Of a stretch of DNA of 64,000 nt, positions 9,320-19,040 are shown in pieces. Numbering within the stretch: the stretch's first letter is position 1; each line of letters begins with the position of its first letter. A model generated the notes under the pieces. That model was not told where the DNA came from. It searched no databases and saw only the letters and a program-made list of their open reading frames with translations. The stretch comes from Pirellulales bacterium (lineage in GTDB: Bacteria; Planctomycetota; Planctomycetia; Pirellulales; UBA1268), in NCBI GenBank assembly GCA_044342075.1, contig JBIIQM010000002.1, forward strand, positions 6,610-70,609, written 5' to 3'. The position numbers and the translations under genes are program-made.

Positions 9320-9754
9320 CTACTTTGGGTGGTCGAGGGCGGCCACGAAACTGGCCGTCATCGCGGCGAAGACGTGGGAGATACGGTCCCATTCGCGGTC
9401 TTCCGCCTGGCAGAAGAAGAGGTAGATGGCCGACGGGGTCGAGAGCGTGCGGACGGCTGCCGTGTTGGTGAGATCGAGGCAGTAGAAGTTGAGATCGAAG
9501 CCGGGCAGCAAGTGGCCATCGACGGTGTCGCTGGCGGTTGCACTGTCGAGATCCTGGTATTCCTTCCGCATCTGCGCGACGACCGCCTTGGCGAGCGTCT
9601 CGGCCTCGCCGCCCGGCGCGTGGGCGCTCACCGCCCAGAAGCCGCCCTCCGGCGAATAGACGGTGACGGCGGCGTGGCGGCCCCCGGAGTCGTCGGTGTC
9701 GACCGACCAATTCTCGGGATAGTCGAAGGCGAGCCCGAACTGATTGAAACGCAT
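9320..9754 (-). CDS. hypothetical protein
   Basis: ATG at 9754 (MRFNQFGLAFDYPENWSV...), 144 aa. Codon usage is consistent with its neighbours. No family recognised. Confidence 0.45.
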   Translation of the reverse strand: MRFNQFGLAFDYPENWSVDTDDSGGRHAAVTVYSPEGGFWAVSAHAPGGEAETLAKAVVAQMRKEYQDLDSATASDTVDGHLLPGFDLNFYCLDLTNTAAVRTLSTPSAIYLFFCQAEDREWDRISHVFAAMTASFVAALDHPK

Positions 9755-9911
9755 CGGCAGGGTCCGTGGAGAGGGCGAAGAGCGGTATCTCGGCGGAGAA
9801 TTGTAGCGTTTTGCGTCGCCGGCAGCGGTCTGGACCGCCGCTTCGGCCCCCGCTATCGTCCCGCCGCTTCGGGCATGTGCCCGTGAGCACACCCTCGTGA
9901 CCTGAAAGCCG

Positions 9912-11870
9912 ATGGCGCAGTCGATCGGGACCAACTCTGCCGTCCACCGGGGCGCAGCCGCCCCCCGTGGCGGTTCCGTGCACGTGCTTGACTACCTCGT
10001 CCCGGCGACGATCCTGCTCGCCGTGCTGGTGGTGCTCGCGCCGGTGCCGGCGCCCGTCGTCGATCTGCTCTTGGCCGCGAACCTGACGGTGTCGGTGCTC
10101 GCGCTCCTGGGGGCGCTCGCCGCCCGCACGCCGCTCGAGATGAGCGTCTTCCCGACGTTCCTGCTCGGGGCCACGCTCGTCCGGCTCGTGCTCAACATCT
10201 CGACCACACGGTTGATTCTTTCGCGGGCCGCCATCGACGGCACTTCCGCCGCAGGCGAGGTCGTCGAGGCCTTCGGCCAGTTCGTGTCGGCCAACAACAT
10301 CGTGGTCGGAGGCGTGATCTTCGCGATCATCGCCATCGTCCAGTTCGTCGTCATCACGGCCGGTGCCACCCGCACCAGCGAAGTGGCGGCTCGCTTCACG
10401 CTCGACGGCCTGCCTGGCCGGCAGATGGCGATCGACGCCGATGTTTCCGCGGGCACGATCACCCGCGAGCAGGCCCGCGGCCTGCGGCTCGAACTACAGC
10501 GGCAGGCCGATTTCTTCGCCAGCATGGACGGCGCGAGCCGGTTCGTTCGCGGCGAGGCGGTGGCGAGCGTGATCATCACGCTGGTGAACCTGATCGGTGG
10601 GCTCGCGATCGGCATGCTGCAGCACGGCATGCCGCTGGCGAAGGCGGTCGACGTCTACTCCCGGCTGACGATCGGTGACGGCCTCGTGGGCGCGGTGCCT
10701 TCACTCTTCGTGGCCGTGGCCACCGGGCTCTTGATCTCGCGGTCGACCCAGGCGGTCAATCTCTCACAGGAGCTCGGCCGCCAGTTCGTGGCGCGGCCGC
10801 ACGTGCTGCTGATCACGGCCGTGTTCCTCGGGGTGCTCTCGCTCACCGGCATGCCGTTTGTGCCGCTCGCCGGCATGGCCGCCCTCACGCTCGTCGGGGC
10901 CTTCCTGCTTAGCCGCTCGGGCCGCGGGACGAACGCGGCATCCGCGGCACCGCAGGAATCGGCGCGGCCGGCCGAAAAACTCGCCGACGTGCTCACCGAC
11001 GACCGGATCGTGGTGGAACTTGGCCGTGGCCTGCTCGGCCTGGTGTCGGGCGCCGGTGCCCCGCTCCTGGAAAAGTCGCAGTCCCTCCGCTCGGCCGTGG
11101 CCGCGGACCTCGGCGTGGTCGTGCCCGCGATCGCGTTCAAGGACGACCTCGCGCTCGCCGATCGGGGCTATCGGATCACGCTGGCCGGGGAGCCGATCCA
11201 CGAGGCGGCCCTCGATTCGCGCCGCCGCGCGAGCGCCGCCGCCGACGCAGAGTCGCTCGCGGCCGACCTCGAGGCCGTTGTCCGGCGGCGTGCCGATGCG
11301 CTGCTCACCCGCGATGCCGCGGCGCGGCTCGTCGAATCACTTCGCGCATCGCAGCCGGCGCTCGTCGAACAGGTCGTGCCCGACGTGCTGACGGTGGCCC
11401 GCATCCAGCGGACGCTCCAGTGCCTCCTGCGGGAGGGCGTGCCGATCCGGCCGCTCGCGCCGCTGCTCGAGGTGATGGCCGACCATGCCGCGGAGGCGAA
11501 GGAGCCCGCAGCGCTCGCCGAACTCATGCGCCACGGCCTGTCGCGGACGATCTGCCGTCGGGTTCGCGACGGCGAGGGCAGGCTCATCGTGGTGAAACTC
11601 ACGAATCAGGCGACCGACGCCCTGCTCGCCGGCGGGGGCGCGGCCGCGAAGGCCGTCGTCGCCGACGTGCGCCGAGCGGTGCGTCCGCGGCTGGAGCGGG
11701 CCGCGCCGGCCGTGGTCGTCGTTGCCGCCGACCGCCGCCGCGCCGTGCGCGAGGCGCTGGCGAGGCCGCTGCCCGAGCTTGCGGTGCTCTCTCATGACGA
11801 GGTCGCCGACGAGGAGCGGGTAGAGGTCTTCGCGACGATCGGGGCGGCCGACGCCGCCCAGGCGGCGTGA
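9912..11870 (+). CDS. flhA: flagellar biosynthesis protein FlhA (FHIPEP/SctV family export-gate protein)
   Basis: 652 aa. FPTFLLGATLVRLVLNISTTRLIL, FVVITAGATRTSEVAARFTLDGLPGRQMAIDAD and MDGASRFVRGEAVA are canonical FHIPEP blocks. fliA and flgM follow. Confidence 0.85.
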   Translation: MAQSIGTNSAVHRGAAAPRGGSVHVLDYLVPATILLAVLVVLAPVPAPVVDLLLAANLTVSVLALLGALAARTPLEMSVFPTFLLGATLVRLVLNISTTRLILSRAAIDGTSAAGEVVEAFGQFVSANNIVVGGVIFAIIAIVQFVVITAGATRTSEVAARFTLDGLPGRQMAIDADVSAGTITREQARGLRLELQRQADFFASMDGASRFVRGEAVASVIITLVNLIGGLAIGMLQHGMPLAKAVDVYSRLTIGDGLVGAVPSLFVAVATGLLISRSTQAVNLSQELGRQFVARPHVLLITAVFLGVLSLTGMPFVPLAGMAALTLVGAFLLSRSGRGTNAASAAPQESARPAEKLADVLTDDRIVVELGRGLLGLVSGAGAPLLEKSQSLRSAVAADLGVVVPAIAFKDDLALADRGYRITLAGEPIHEAALDSRRRASAAADAESLAADLEAVVRRRADALLTRDAAARLVESLRASQPALVEQVVPDVLTVARIQRTLQCLLREGVPIRPLAPLLEVMADHAAEAKEPAALAELMRHGLSRTICRRVRDGEGRLIVVKLTNQATDALLAGGGAAAKAVVADVRRAVRPRLERAAPAVVVVAADRRRAVREALARPLPELAVLSHDEVADEERVEVFATIGAADAAQAA

Positions 11871-12054
11871 GGGCCGGGCAGCGCGACGGGCGGGCAGCGC
11901 GACGGGCTGGCCCGGGCCACCAGCGAAACACAACGCGAAAAACTGAGGAAATCAGCGAGAAAGTCAGGGTGCGCGGGCGCCCGAAAAAACGTTCAAGCCG
12001 AGGCGGCCGACCGGACGATGTTCTTCGGTTCGGCCGCCCAGCAGTAGCCCTTTC

Positions 12055-12849
12055 ATGGAGGAAGTCGTGGCGCATCAACTCACAGCCGACGAGATTCAGG
12101 ATCTTTGGAAGCGGTTCAAGGCCGACCAATCGGACGAGAGCCTGCGGAATCGCCTCATCGAGATCTACCTGCCGCTCGTGCGCTACAACGGCGAGCGGAT
12201 CTGGTCGCGGCTGCCCGACGGCGTCGAACTCGACGATCTCACCTCGGCCGGTACATTCGGCCTGATGGACGCGATCGACGCCTTCGACATGTCGCGGGGC
12301 GTGAAGTTCGAGACCTACTGCGTGCCGCGAATCCGCGGAGCCATGCTCGACGAGCTCCGGACGATGGACTGGGTGCCGCGGCTGGTGCGAAGCAAGGCGA
12401 GCAAGCTCAACGAGGCCGTGAAGACGCTCGAGGCGAAGCTTGGCCGGGCGCCCTCCGACGAGGAGGTCGCCGAGCACATGCAGCTCTCCCGCGAGGATTT
12501 CGAGAAGCTGCTCGTGGAGGCCAACGCGGCCAGCCTCGTGAGCCTCAACAAGAAGTGGTGCGAGACCGACAGTTCGAAGGATGTCCGCGAGATCGACATC
12601 CTCGAAGACAAGAAGGGGGATGACCCCACGCGTCGGATCCAAAAGGCCGATCTGATGCGGCTGGTCACCAAGGGCCTCAATCGCAACGAGCGGCTGATCA
12701 TCATCCTCTACTACTACGAGGAGCTGACGATGAAGGAGATCGGCGCCACGCTCGACCTCTCCGAAAGCCGCGTCAGCCAGATGCATAGCGCGATCGTCGA
12801 GCGGCTGCAAAATCAGCTCGAACGCCGGCGCCCCGAATTCGCGATGTGA
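12055..12849 (+). CDS. fliA: RNA polymerase sigma-28 factor FliA/WhiG family
   Basis: 264 aa. Region 2 (LIEIYLPLVRYNGERI, DDLTSAGTFGLMDAIDAFD, FETYCVPRIRGAMLDELR) and region 4 (ELTMKEIGATLDLSESRVSQMHS). GTG at 12067 behind GGAGGA is an alternative start. Confidence 0.85.
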   Translation: MEEVVAHQLTADEIQDLWKRFKADQSDESLRNRLIEIYLPLVRYNGERIWSRLPDGVELDDLTSAGTFGLMDAIDAFDMSRGVKFETYCVPRIRGAMLDELRTMDWVPRLVRSKASKLNEAVKTLEAKLGRAPSDEEVAEHMQLSREDFEKLLVEANAASLVSLNKKWCETDSSKDVREIDILEDKKGDDPTRRIQKADLMRLVTKGLNRNERLIIILYYYEELTMKEIGATLDLSESRVSQMHSAIVERLQNQLERRRPEFAM

Positions 12850-13181
12850 CAGGCCAGGAAGGCTGGGTGGTTTGCGGGCCTTTCGGGCCGGCATGATGAG
12901 GAAAACAGGTAAAAAAATTTTTAGTTGAAGTTCAGGCCGCGGCCGAACCGATGAAGATCGATCAGCCGCGGTGGAAGGACGGGTGAACCGTCCGGAAACC
13001 GTCCGACGACTGGTGTCGCCGGAACGCGAAAGCGCGGCAACAATAGAAGGAACAACAGGCGGCCGAAAAATTCCCAGACCCGACCGAACGATCCGGCACC
13101 ACGACGCGTATCAGCGTGTGGGCCGGGGGACAAGGGAATCAAAACACCGTCTGCCTAAAGCGGACCTCGAGGAGTGCAATC

Positions 13182-13463
13182 ATGAACATCTGGGGTGTCT
13201 TTTCGACGCATGGGGCTCAGGCGCTCGGTGGCGTGAAGGGCGTGGAGTCGGCGAAGGCCGCGCAGGCCGCCGCTCAGCAGGGCATCGGCGAAGTCCACGA
13301 CTCCGTCACGTTCTCGGTCGATGCGGTGCGGGCCGCCGAAGGGACCGCCGACATCCGCTTCGACAAGGTGAACGCGATCCGTGCGGCCATCGCCGACGGC
13401 TCGTACGAGACGCCCGAGAAGCTCGACCTCGCCCTCGAGCGGATGCTCGACCGGCTGGGCTGA
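13182..13463 (+). CDS. flgM: anti-sigma-28 factor FlgM
   Basis: 93 aa. C-terminal IRFDKVNAIRAAIADGSYETPEKLDLALERMLDRL matches the FlgM signature. Lies directly downstream of fliA. Confidence 0.7.
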   Translation: MNIWGVFSTHGAQALGGVKGVESAKAAQAAAQQGIGEVHDSVTFSVDAVRAAEGTADIRFDKVNAIRAAIADGSYETPEKLDLALERMLDRLG

Positions 13464-13535
13464 ACGGAGGATCCAAACTGCTGATCTGAGCGGCGCCGCT
13501 GACCTGAGCGGCGACTTTTCGCAGTGCGACACAAG

Positions 13536-13575
13536 AGCGGCTGGGCCGGCAACGGTCCAGCCGCTTTCCTTTTTG
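13536..13575 (+). terminator. rho-independent terminator after flgM
   Basis: 9-bp stem AGCGGCTGG (13536-13544) / CCAGCCGCT (13557-13565) with a 12-nt loop, followed by TTCCTTTTT. Confidence 0.55.
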
Positions 13576-13629
13576 GGGCGGGGCGATGCCGACGCTAGAC
13601 TGTGAGTGTCATCCCATCGCGGTTTTCTC

Positions 13630-14115
13630 ATGGCCATCGCACCTGACTTTTCGCTCGGCAAGGTCGACGTAGCGCTCACGCCGCAGGAGCGGTTTCAGGA
13701 GTATCTCCGCGCCCGCGGCAAGAAGATCACGCAGCCCCGGTTGCGGATCGTCGAGCACGTCTTGCGGCAGCACGAGCACTTCGACGCCGACAAGCTCGCC
13801 AGCGACTTGAAGGCCCCCAAGGCGACGGTCTACCGGGCCCTTGCCGACATGGTGGAGGCCGGGCTCCTCAAGGAGATGGAGATCGGCCGCAAGAAGGTCT
13901 ACGAGCATGACTACGGCTATCCGCAGCACGAGCACCTGCACTGCACGTCGTGCGACAAGCTGATCGAGTTTTCGAGCGACGAGCTCCTACGGATCCGCGA
14001 TGCCGTCTCCAGCCAGCACCAGTTCCGGCCCGAGAGCCTCACGCTGATCATCAGCGGCACCTGCGCCGATTGTCGCAGCGGCCGCAGCCGCTCCCGCCAC
14101 CAAGACCGGGTGTGA
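13630..14115 (+). CDS. Fur-family transcriptional regulator
   Basis: 161 aa: ITQPRLRIVEHVLRQHEHFDADKL, ATVYRALADMVEAGLL, HLHCTSCDKLIEF...SGTCADC (two Cys pairs). GTG at 13606 is an alternative start. Confidence 0.75.
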   Translation: MAIAPDFSLGKVDVALTPQERFQEYLRARGKKITQPRLRIVEHVLRQHEHFDADKLASDLKAPKATVYRALADMVEAGLLKEMEIGRKKVYEHDYGYPQHEHLHCTSCDKLIEFSSDELLRIRDAVSSQHQFRPESLTLIISGTCADCRSGRSRSRHQDRV

Positions 14116-14116
14116 C

Positions 14117-15559
14117 TTACACCCGCAGGGCCGATTCACCCGCGCGTTGCGGGCAGGCTTTCAACGCCTCGGCCACCGGGCCGGTGACGAATTCCTCGAC
14201 TTGGGCCGCGGCGCGGCCGGCGAGGCCTTGCACCTCCATCGCCGCGGCGAGATCGATCCCTTTGAAGGCCGGGTCGGCAGCCAGCCGTTCGGCGAGGTCG
14301 TTGTCGTGCCCCTCGCGCATCCGCGCCGTCGCCGCGTGGCTGTGGCGGCGGATCGCCTCGTGGAGTTCCTGGCGATCGCCGCCCCCCGTCGTGCCGGCCA
14401 TGAGGATCCGCTCGCTGGCGAGGAAGGGAAGATGCTGCTCGAGGTTGCGTCGGATGGCGCCCGGCAGCACCACGAGGCCGCCGGCGATGTTGGAGTAGAT
14501 CACGAGCTGCGCGTCGGTGGCGAGGAACGCCTGCGGAAGCACGAGCCGGCGCGGCGCCGAATCGTCGAGCGTCCGCTCGAACCACTGCGTGGCGGCGGTC
14601 TGCTCCGTCGTCGTCAGGAGCCCCATCACGAAGCGGCCAAGGCCGCACATCCGCTCCGCCCGCATCGGATTCCTCTTGTAGGGCATCGCGGACGAGCCGA
14701 CCTGCTCCGTCTCGAAGGGCTCCTCCATCTCGCCCCAGGCGGCCGCGAGCCGCAGGTCGTTGCCTGCCTTGTGGGTCGATTCGGAGATCCCGGCGAGCAC
14801 CGCCACGACCTGCGAGTCGACCTTGCGGGTGTAGGTCTGGCCGGTGACGTCGTAGGAGGCGTCGAAGCCGAGCTTCTTCGAGACGAGCTCGTCGAGCCGT
14901 CGGACCTTTGCGTGGTCGCCGGCGAAGAGCTCGAGGAAGCTCGCCTGGGTGCCGGTCGTGCCCTTCACGCCGCGGGCCCTGAGCGTGGCGCGGCGGTGGA
15001 GCACTTCATGCAGGTCGAGGAGCAGATCGTGAATCCAGAGAGAGATCCGCTTGCCGATCGTGGTCGGCTGCGCAGGCTGCAGGTGGGTGCGGCCGAGGCA
15101 GACGACGTCGCGGGTCTCGATCGCCTTCGCGGCGAGCCGTTCGATCACGGTGGCGAGCCGGGCGGCGACGAGGTCGAGCGACTCGCGCATCAGGATGAGA
15201 TCGGTGTTGTCGGTGACGTAGGCGCTCGTGGCGCCGAGGTGGAGGATGGGCTTCGCTTTCGGACAGGCGTCGCCGAAGGTGTGAAGGTGGGCGAAGACGT
15301 CGTGCCGCATCCGCTTCTCGTAGGCGGCCGCCTTGGCGAAGTCGATCGGCTCGAGATTCGCCCGCATCTCGGCGAGCTGTTCCGGCGAGATCGGCAGGCC
15401 GAGTTCGGCCTCCGCTTCGGCGAGCGCCAGCCAGGTCTGCCGCCAGAGCTTGTAGCGGTGGTTGTCGCTCCAGAGCCGCGTCATCTCCGCCGACGCATAG
15501 CGGGCGGCGAGCGGATTTTCCCAGATGTCCTTGGCGGGGGTGGGCAGGTCGGCATTCAC
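14117..15559 (-). CDS. purB: adenylosuccinate lyase
   Basis: 480 aa: RYASAEMTRLWSD, GRTHLQPAQPTTIGKR, GSSAMPYKRNPMRAERM. GTG start overlaps the holA stop (GTGA). Confidence 0.9.
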   Translation of the reverse strand: MNADLPTPAKDIWENPLAARYASAEMTRLWSDNHRYKLWRQTWLALAEAEAELGLPISPEQLAEMRANLEPIDFAKAAAYEKRMRHDVFAHLHTFGDACPKAKPILHLGATSAYVTDNTDLILMRESLDLVAARLATVIERLAAKAIETRDVVCLGRTHLQPAQPTTIGKRISLWIHDLLLDLHEVLHRRATLRARGVKGTTGTQASFLELFAGDHAKVRRLDELVSKKLGFDASYDVTGQTYTRKVDSQVVAVLAGISESTHKAGNDLRLAAAWGEMEEPFETEQVGSSAMPYKRNPMRAERMCGLGRFVMGLLTTTEQTAATQWFERTLDDSAPRRLVLPQAFLATDAQLVIYSNIAGGLVVLPGAIRRNLEQHLPFLASERILMAGTTGGGDRQELHEAIRRHSHAATARMREGHDNDLAERLAADPAFKGIDLAAAMEVQGLAGRAAAQVEEFVTGPVAEALKACPQRAGESALRV

Positions 15560-16707
15560 GGACGCACTCCTCGAGGCTTTGCGGGCGCCCTCTCGCGGTC
15601 GCCCGTCTGAGCCGCCATCTTGCAGAAGAGCCGCTCCAAGGCCAGCCTGGCGCGCAGGCCCCGCGAGGCATCGCTCTTGAGGCTGCGATCGAGATCGAAC
15701 AGCCAGACCGGCAGTTGCCTGGCGCGGCGCGCGCCGAGTTGCACGAGGGCCTCTCGGGCCTGGGCGACCGCCTTTGGCCAGGCGGCGACGCCCGCCTCAC
15801 GGACCGCCTGTTCGATTCCCGCAGGGCGACCGGCCCCGGCGGGCAGGGCGAGCAGTCGGGCCGCGGTCGAGAGCCGGCGCAGCACCGTCGTCGCCTGGGC
15901 CGCCAGTCCGATCGGGTTCTCGCCGGCATCGAGCAGGTCGGAGAGCTGGGCGATGGCGGCGCGGGCGTCGCCGCCGGCGGCGCCGTCGATCATGCTCCAG
16001 GCCGTCCGCTCCTGCGGGCTGCCGGCGAAATCATCGACCGCTTCGGGCGGAATCGCGGCCTTCTTCGCTGTCGGATCGATCGTCGCGGCGAGGCGGGCGA
16101 GCGCCTGATCCACCTGGCCCAGATTGTCGGCGAGTCGTTCGAGCAGCCGCTGCGCGGTGGCGGCCGCGAGCTGCACGCCGTGCCGCGACTGCGCCCACTG
16201 TCGCACCCACGGAGCGAGGTCGCCCCGCTGCGGGATCGACATGTCGATGACGAGGCCATGCTGGGCGGCCGCCTTCGCGAGCCTCGTGTTCGACGGCAGG
16301 CTCTTCACCTCCAGGATCACGAGGCCGCGGCGACCACGGGGCTTGCCGGCCAGGTCCTCGAGCAGGTTGCGAGCCTGCGACACGAAGGCGTCGGCTGAAC
16401 GGACGATGGCCGCCCGCGTCGCCCCGCCGAACAGCGGCACCGTGGCAGCTTCGTCGAAGACATCGCGGGGATCGGGCGATTCGTCACCGGCAAATTCGCG
16501 CCACGCCCAGGCCCGGTCGGCCTCGTCGGGGCAAAGCCGCTCGCGCAACAGCGCCAGCATGTGAAACGAGAGGAAGGGCTCGTCGCCGACGAGCACGACG
16601 ATCGACGGTTCACCGAGCGACCAGTCGTCGGGACGCGCGAGGATGTCGAGGGCCGACCGCGATTCTTGTTCGGCGGAGGTCTTGGATCGACTCTTGGATG
16701 CAGCCAC
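15556..16707 (-). CDS. holA: DNA polymerase III delta subunit
   Basis: 383 aa: VVLVGDEPFL, ATVPLFGGATRAAIVRSAD, LVILEVKSLPSNTRLAKAA. Layout is typical of HolA. Confidence 0.65.
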   Translation of the reverse strand: MAASKSRSKTSAEQESRSALDILARPDDWSLGEPSIVVLVGDEPFLSFHMLALLRERLCPDEADRAWAWREFAGDESPDPRDVFDEAATVPLFGGATRAAIVRSADAFVSQARNLLEDLAGKPRGRRGLVILEVKSLPSNTRLAKAAAQHGLVIDMSIPQRGDLAPWVRQWAQSRHGVQLAAATAQRLLERLADNLGQVDQALARLAATIDPTAKKAAIPPEAVDDFAGSPQERTAWSMIDGAAGGDARAAIAQLSDLLDAGENPIGLAAQATTVLRRLSTAARLLALPAGAGRPAGIEQAVREAGVAAWPKAVAQAREALVQLGARRARQLPVWLFDLDRSLKSDASRGLRARLALERLFCKMAAQTGDRERAPAKPRGVRP

Positions 16708-16776
16708 GGCGCACGGCTCCCGGAGAGGCCGGCTTCACGCCAGGCTCGTCCGTGAGCAGTGTAACGGGAAGGGCGT

Positions 16777-18534
16777 CTACGGAGCCGGGGCGGGGGAGAG
16801 CGGCCGGACGCCGCCGAGTTTTCCAGTGACCCGCGGCACGGCGACCGCGACGGCCTGCGGTGTCACGGTCTCGCCGATGTTGCCGGCCGCGTCGGCGGCT
16901 TCGGCCCGGATGTAGACCTTCGCCGGCACGCCGCGCGGCGGCTGCCAGCGATGCTCCCCCTGGCTTTCGAGCGATTCGGCGATCGTGGCCCAGGGGCCGG
17001 AAGAGTTTGGTGAATAGGAAAGCCGCGTGCTGCGCGGCACGAGCATCTGGTCGCGGGCCGTCCAGCGGATGACGACGCCCATCGGCTCGCCCGCCTTCGC
17101 CCGCGCCACTTCGATCAGTTCGAGCTCCGGCGTCTCGTCATCGACGCCCACCCAGCTATCGGGAGCGTCGCCCGACGTCGGTCCGCCGGCCGCGTTGGGC
17201 TGGTTGGAGACGACTTCGAGCCGGAATCCATAGAGGCCCGCCGCCGGGAGCGAGACGGCGATCGGGCTCGTCGTGTCGTCGTCGACGGCGGTGCGCTGCC
17301 AGGTGATGCCGCCGTCGCGCGTGCTCCAGAGTTCGACCCGCACCTCTCCGATGTCGGCCGCATCGGCCTGATAGTCGTAGTCCCAGCTGAACCGGCGCGA
17401 CCGGACGAGCTGGAGCGGCTTGCCGCGGTATTCGAGCGGCTGCTGCGGACCGGGCATCGCAAGGCCGCGATCGGCGCTCATGCCCGGCATGCCCGCTCCA
17501 CCCGGCAGGGCGAGTGCGTCGAGCGCCGCGCCGCCGGCCGACGGCGGAACCGTCGTGCCACCGGTGCCCACCGGCCTGACGAGCACGCTCTGGCCGCCGG
17601 ATGCCGTGGGGCTTTCGGCCGCCCAGGCGTTGGCGGGCTCGGCATTCCAGTCGCCGGCCGGCGTGGGACGGTGGGCCGAGGGCATCGCGGCCGCCCGCGG
17701 AGGCTCGAAACCGCCCGTCTCCTGAGCAGGCAAGGGTGGGGCGCCCAACTCGCGGGCGAGCGCGGCCTGATCGACCTGCGGATCGGTCGGATTGAGCGTG
17801 AACTGGCGCACCGTGTTGTTTCCGGACGAATCGGAGATCGCAATCCGCACCGTCATCGCCTCGACCTGTTCGCCGGCCCACCAGATCTCCTCACCGACCA
17901 TGTGCGCCGGCGACTCGCGCGAGAGGATGCCCACGGCGGCCACCTTCTTCCAGCCCTGGTCTCCCTTGCCACGGTATTCGAATGAGAGTGAGTCGAGCCG
18001 CAGCGAATCGTCCACGGCGGCGTAGCGGCAGATGATCTCGCCATCGGCGCCCTTCCAGACGCGGGCGGCGATCCTCGGTCCGGCGGCGTCCACGAGCACC
18101 CGCAGGTCGGGCCCCGCGCCGCCGCGCATGCGGCCCTTCGCGTCGATGGCCCGCAGGCGAAACCAGTATTCACCGTCGCTGCCCGCGCGATAAGAAAACG
18201 AGCCCGCATTCGGCGCTGCTTCTCCCGCCGGTTCCCAGGTCGCGCCCAGATCCTTCGAGACGCTGAGCGTGACCCGCTGGGCTGCCGTGTCGGGCGACTG
18301 CGACGGCGGTGGGCTGAAGGGGATCGAAAACACCTGGTGCTTCGTGCGCACCAGATCGGGTAGCGCAGGCGGCGGCGGCAGGCTGCCGTCGGCGGCACGG
18401 CCCGCGGTCGGGCCGGATGCTGCCGCGATGCCAATCGCGATCGCAAGCAGGGCGCGCGGAAGCCCCGCGCCGCGCCACCGCGGCTCGGCCTCCGACACAC
18501 GCCCCAGCAGACTGATTGAGCAGACCTTCGCCAT
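16777..18534 (-). CDS. secreted protein with two Asp-box (BNR-like) motifs
   Basis: ATG at 18534 (MAKVCSISLL...). Signal-like LLAIAIGIAAASGPTAGRAA. Motifs SKDLGATW and STRDGGITW. Central Pro/Gly/Ala-rich linker. Confidence 0.5.
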   Translation of the reverse strand: MAKVCSISLLGRVSEAEPRWRGAGLPRALLAIAIGIAAASGPTAGRAADGSLPPPPALPDLVRTKHQVFSIPFSPPPSQSPDTAAQRVTLSVSKDLGATWEPAGEAAPNAGSFSYRAGSDGEYWFRLRAIDAKGRMRGGAGPDLRVLVDAAGPRIAARVWKGADGEIICRYAAVDDSLRLDSLSFEYRGKGDQGWKKVAAVGILSRESPAHMVGEEIWWAGEQVEAMTVRIAISDSSGNNTVRQFTLNPTDPQVDQAALARELGAPPLPAQETGGFEPPRAAAMPSAHRPTPAGDWNAEPANAWAAESPTASGGQSVLVRPVGTGGTTVPPSAGGAALDALALPGGAGMPGMSADRGLAMPGPQQPLEYRGKPLQLVRSRRFSWDYDYQADAADIGEVRVELWSTRDGGITWQRTAVDDDTTSPIAVSLPAAGLYGFRLEVVSNQPNAAGGPTSGDAPDSWVGVDDETPELELIEVARAKAGEPMGVVIRWTARDQMLVPRSTRLSYSPNSSGPWATIAESLESQGEHRWQPPRGVPAKVYIRAEAADAAGNIGETVTPQAVAVAVPRVTGKLGGVRPLSPAPAP

Positions 18535-18729
18535 GTCTGCATGGATCGACCGTTGAAGGTGGTAAAGTCGCGTTTTTCCGGAAAGCCGAGGTGGACGTTT
18601 CCCAGCTTCGCGCGGCGGCGGGGAAGAGGAGCCTGCGGCACCGGTGGGCGGGAAAGACCGGTAAAATAGAGGACTTTTCTTTCTGGACCCGGCCCCCCCG
18701 GGGCTGCCATAATCCGGGCAGTTGCCGAC

Positions 18730-19005
18730 ATGGATGCCGGCGGCACACCCAAGACCGACTCGTGCTTCTGCGGCGGGAAAGTCGTGCAATCGTTCCTGAT
18801 CAGTGCCCTGATGCTGGCCGCCTTCGTGGCCGCCGGCATCGTTGCGATTGTCACAATCCGTTCGCGCTATCGAGGCCGCGGTGCGGAAGGTGGCGATTGG
18901 GAAAGCGCGCTTGCCGGCTACAAAAATCTCCGCGACAAGGGTGTGCTGAGCGATGAGGAATACCGAAAAATAAGAACGCTCGTGGAACCGCGAGCGGATC
19001 GTTGA
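18730..19005 (+). CDS. small membrane protein with SHOCT-like C-terminus
   Basis: One TM helix ([22 protein letters not shown]), then [25 protein letters not shown] at 18784 is an alternative start. Confidence 0.45.
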   Translation: MDAGGTPKTDSCFCGGKVVQSFLISALMLAAFVAAGIVAIVTIRSRYRGRGAEGGDWESALAGYKNLRDKGVLSDEEYRKIRTLVEPRADR

Positions 19006-19040
19006 GATCGGGCGCCCGTCCAGGGAAAGGGAAAGAAAGC

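Noticed and set aside
9159-9425. Conserved peptide RRAGRRKL.EHL.RV.EGHR shared by ORFs 9159..9425 and 23104..23523
   Set aside because: It is the translation of the 88-nt repeat. All ten nucleotide differences between copies change the amino acid, with none synonymous, which argues against a protein-coding constraint.
6427-9471. Long + strand ORFs 6427..7938 and 7978..9471, with similar cases at 19047..20240 (-), 24508..26286 (-), 31210..33354 (-), 35570..37774 (+), 41108..43264 (-), 48768..50165 (+) and 52809..53909 (-)
   Set aside because: They are antisense or off-frame shadows of convincing genes. Translations are dominated by Arg, Gly, Pro, Asp and His runs with no recognisable domains. 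This is expected in high-GC DNA, where stop codons are rare.
11876-11907. Perfect 16-nt tandem duplication GGGCAGCGCGACGGGC x2 just after the flhA stop
   Set aside because: It has only two units, with no further copies or hairpin/T-tract context. It is most simply a slippage duplication.
12910-12949. Sigma-28-type promoter and AT-rich palindrome (AAAAAAATTTTT) in the long leader upstream of flgM
   Set aside because: Only a -10-like GCCGAACC (12942-12949) resembles the GCCGATAA consensus. No TAAA-type -35 element sits at the right spacing, so I do not call a promoter.
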